Source of the DNA: an uncultured Leptospiraceae bacterium
GTDB lineage: Bacteria > Spirochaetota > UBA4802 > UB4802
Assembly: GCA_964629365.1 (NCBI GenBank)
Contig: CAZVRB010000005.1
Location: 1-63,605, forward strand
Length of the DNA: 63,605 bases
Direction of reading: 5' to 3'
Part shown: piece by piece, positions 62,526-63,605 of the stretch
Position numbering within the stretch: the first letter of the stretch is position 1
How the letters are laid out: every line of letters begins with the position of its first letter
Position numbers and translations under genes: made by a program
Notes under the pieces: model-generated
What the model saw: the letters and a program-made list of their open reading frames with translations, nothing else
What the model was told of the DNA's origin: nothing
Databases searched by the model: none

Positions 62526-63584
62526 ATGGAAGATCAGGGTACGCAAAAACTGCAGACAGCGGCATTAACTTTTATCGCGCTGATCGGTCTTGGTGTGTTT
62601 CTGCACATCACAAGATCGTTCGTGGTTCCATTCGTTGTGGCGGTGCTGCTCTCATTTCTGCTGGTTCCGGTAGCCGATTTCTTTGCCAGGCTAAAGGTGC
62701 CCGGCTTTATCATCAACAGCATGGTTATCCTGGGTATGTTCATAGTGCTGGCTGCTGTTGGCTTCCTGGCATTCGGGGCGATGAATTCCATCAAGTCTGA
62801 ACTGCCTGAATACGCGGGAAAATTCAGGTCTTCTATACAGACCATGATGGATTTTTTAAAAGGATTTATACAGGTGGATATTGCCACAGAATACCGTGAT
62901 GTCACCTTTCAGCAGTTGTTTAACATGATATCCCCCGCATCAATATTTCAAACCATCAACCAGAGTGTTGGCACTTTCATAACATTTCTTTCAAAACTAA
63001 CCCTTATGATGATCTTTCTGATCTTCATTCTTTCAGGTAGAAAGGTGCTGGTAGACAAGATACTGTTTGTGCTTGATGCCAGGGAGGATATATCTTCAAG
63101 TAATTTCAAAGCCCTGCAGTCAATAAGCAGACAGATTCAAACCTATCTCTGGCTGAAAGCGGTGATCAGTATCGTAACGGGCCTGGTGTTTGGCATTGTC
63201 GCCTATGTTATGGGACTGGATTTTGCCATAATATGGGGATTCATGGGATTTCTTTTGAATTTTATACCTACCATCGGTCCCATCGTCGCGTCAGTTCCCC
63301 CAATTATCCTGAGCTTTCTCCAGTTTGAAAGTATACTGTGGGCACTTTTTACGTCAATATGCCTTGCCGGTGTTCAGTTTCTGTCGGGAAGTGTTATTGA
63401 GCCAATCGTTATGGGTGATCGTTTAAACCTTAATATAATCACCATCCTGCTTTCCCTCTTCCTATGGGGGCTAATCTGGGGAATACCGGGTATGATCCTG
63501 GCGGTTCCTATAACCGCGGCGGTAAATATCATGTTTCAGAATATACCACGGTATAATGGTATCGCGGTACTGATGAGTAAATGA
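62526..63584 (+). CDS. AI-2E family transporter
   Basis: Hydrophobic; NFIPTIGP, EP.VMG..LNL, WG.IWGIPGMILAVP. Confidence 0.88.
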   Translation: MEDQGTQKLQTAALTFIALIGLGVFLHITRSFVVPFVVAVLLSFLLVPVADFFARLKVPGFIINSMVILGMFIVLAAVGFLAFGAMNSIKSELPEYAGKFRSSIQTMMDFLKGFIQVDIATEYRDVTFQQLFNMISPASIFQTINQSVGTFITFLSKLTLMMIFLIFILSGRKVLVDKILFVLDAREDISSSNFKALQSISRQIQTYLWLKAVISIVTGLVFGIVAYVMGLDFAIIWGFMGFLLNFIPTIGPIVASVPPIILSFLQFESILWALFTSICLAGVQFLSGSVIEPIVMGDRLNLNIITILLSLFLWGLIWGIPGMILAVPITAAVNIMFQNIPRYNGIAVLMSK

Positions 63585-63605
63585 TTTTCAATAAAAGTTG
63601 TTGAA

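Overview
A 63.6 kb window of core bacterial chromosome with about 60 intact-looking CDS and no rRNA, tRNA, CRISPR array, prophage or transposase that I can see. Gene order (rpoN-hpf-hprK-HPr, ribH-nusB-TPR, rho-rpmE, LolA-like and small lipoprotein genes) suggests a free-living Spirochaetota lineage related to Leptospirae; this is inference, not a database result. Blocks, left to right: pyrG (5'-truncated); rpoN-hpf-hprK-ptsH-3 membrane/exported proteins-NtrY/NtrX-like pair-degenerate UDG-priA; ribH-nusB-TPR-DUF1285 (minus strand); enoyl-CoA hydratase divergent from a lipoprotein ceramidase; aroA-aroH-LolA-like-rsmE-thiS-radical SAM; HTH-less Lrp-like protein plus PaaI; dapA-dapB-CBS/PAS/Fis protein; frameshifted rho, rpmE; an RpoS-like sigma factor; a 1470-aa truncated-PPDK-like protein, atypical GAPDH and CDF exporter; dprA; four tandem acyl-CoA dehydrogenases; B12 uptake genes with a cobalamin riboswitch; EAL-HDOD; an ArsR-controlled arsenic/thiol-redox cluster. 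Best leads: (1) a correctly spaced sigma-54 promoter in front of a sigma factor resembling Borrelia RpoS, with rpoN and a sigma-54 activator in the same window, i.e. a candidate RpoN-to-RpoS cascade outside Borrelia; (2) a giant dikinase-like protein with ATP-grasp and phospho-His domains but no pyruvate/PEP barrel, beside an atypical GAPDH; (3) a four-gene acyl-CoA dehydrogenase array with a shared promoter core but different operators; (4) nested palindromic intergenic elements; (5) a single-base frameshift in rho. All calls are by eye and motif recall; no searches or folding were run.
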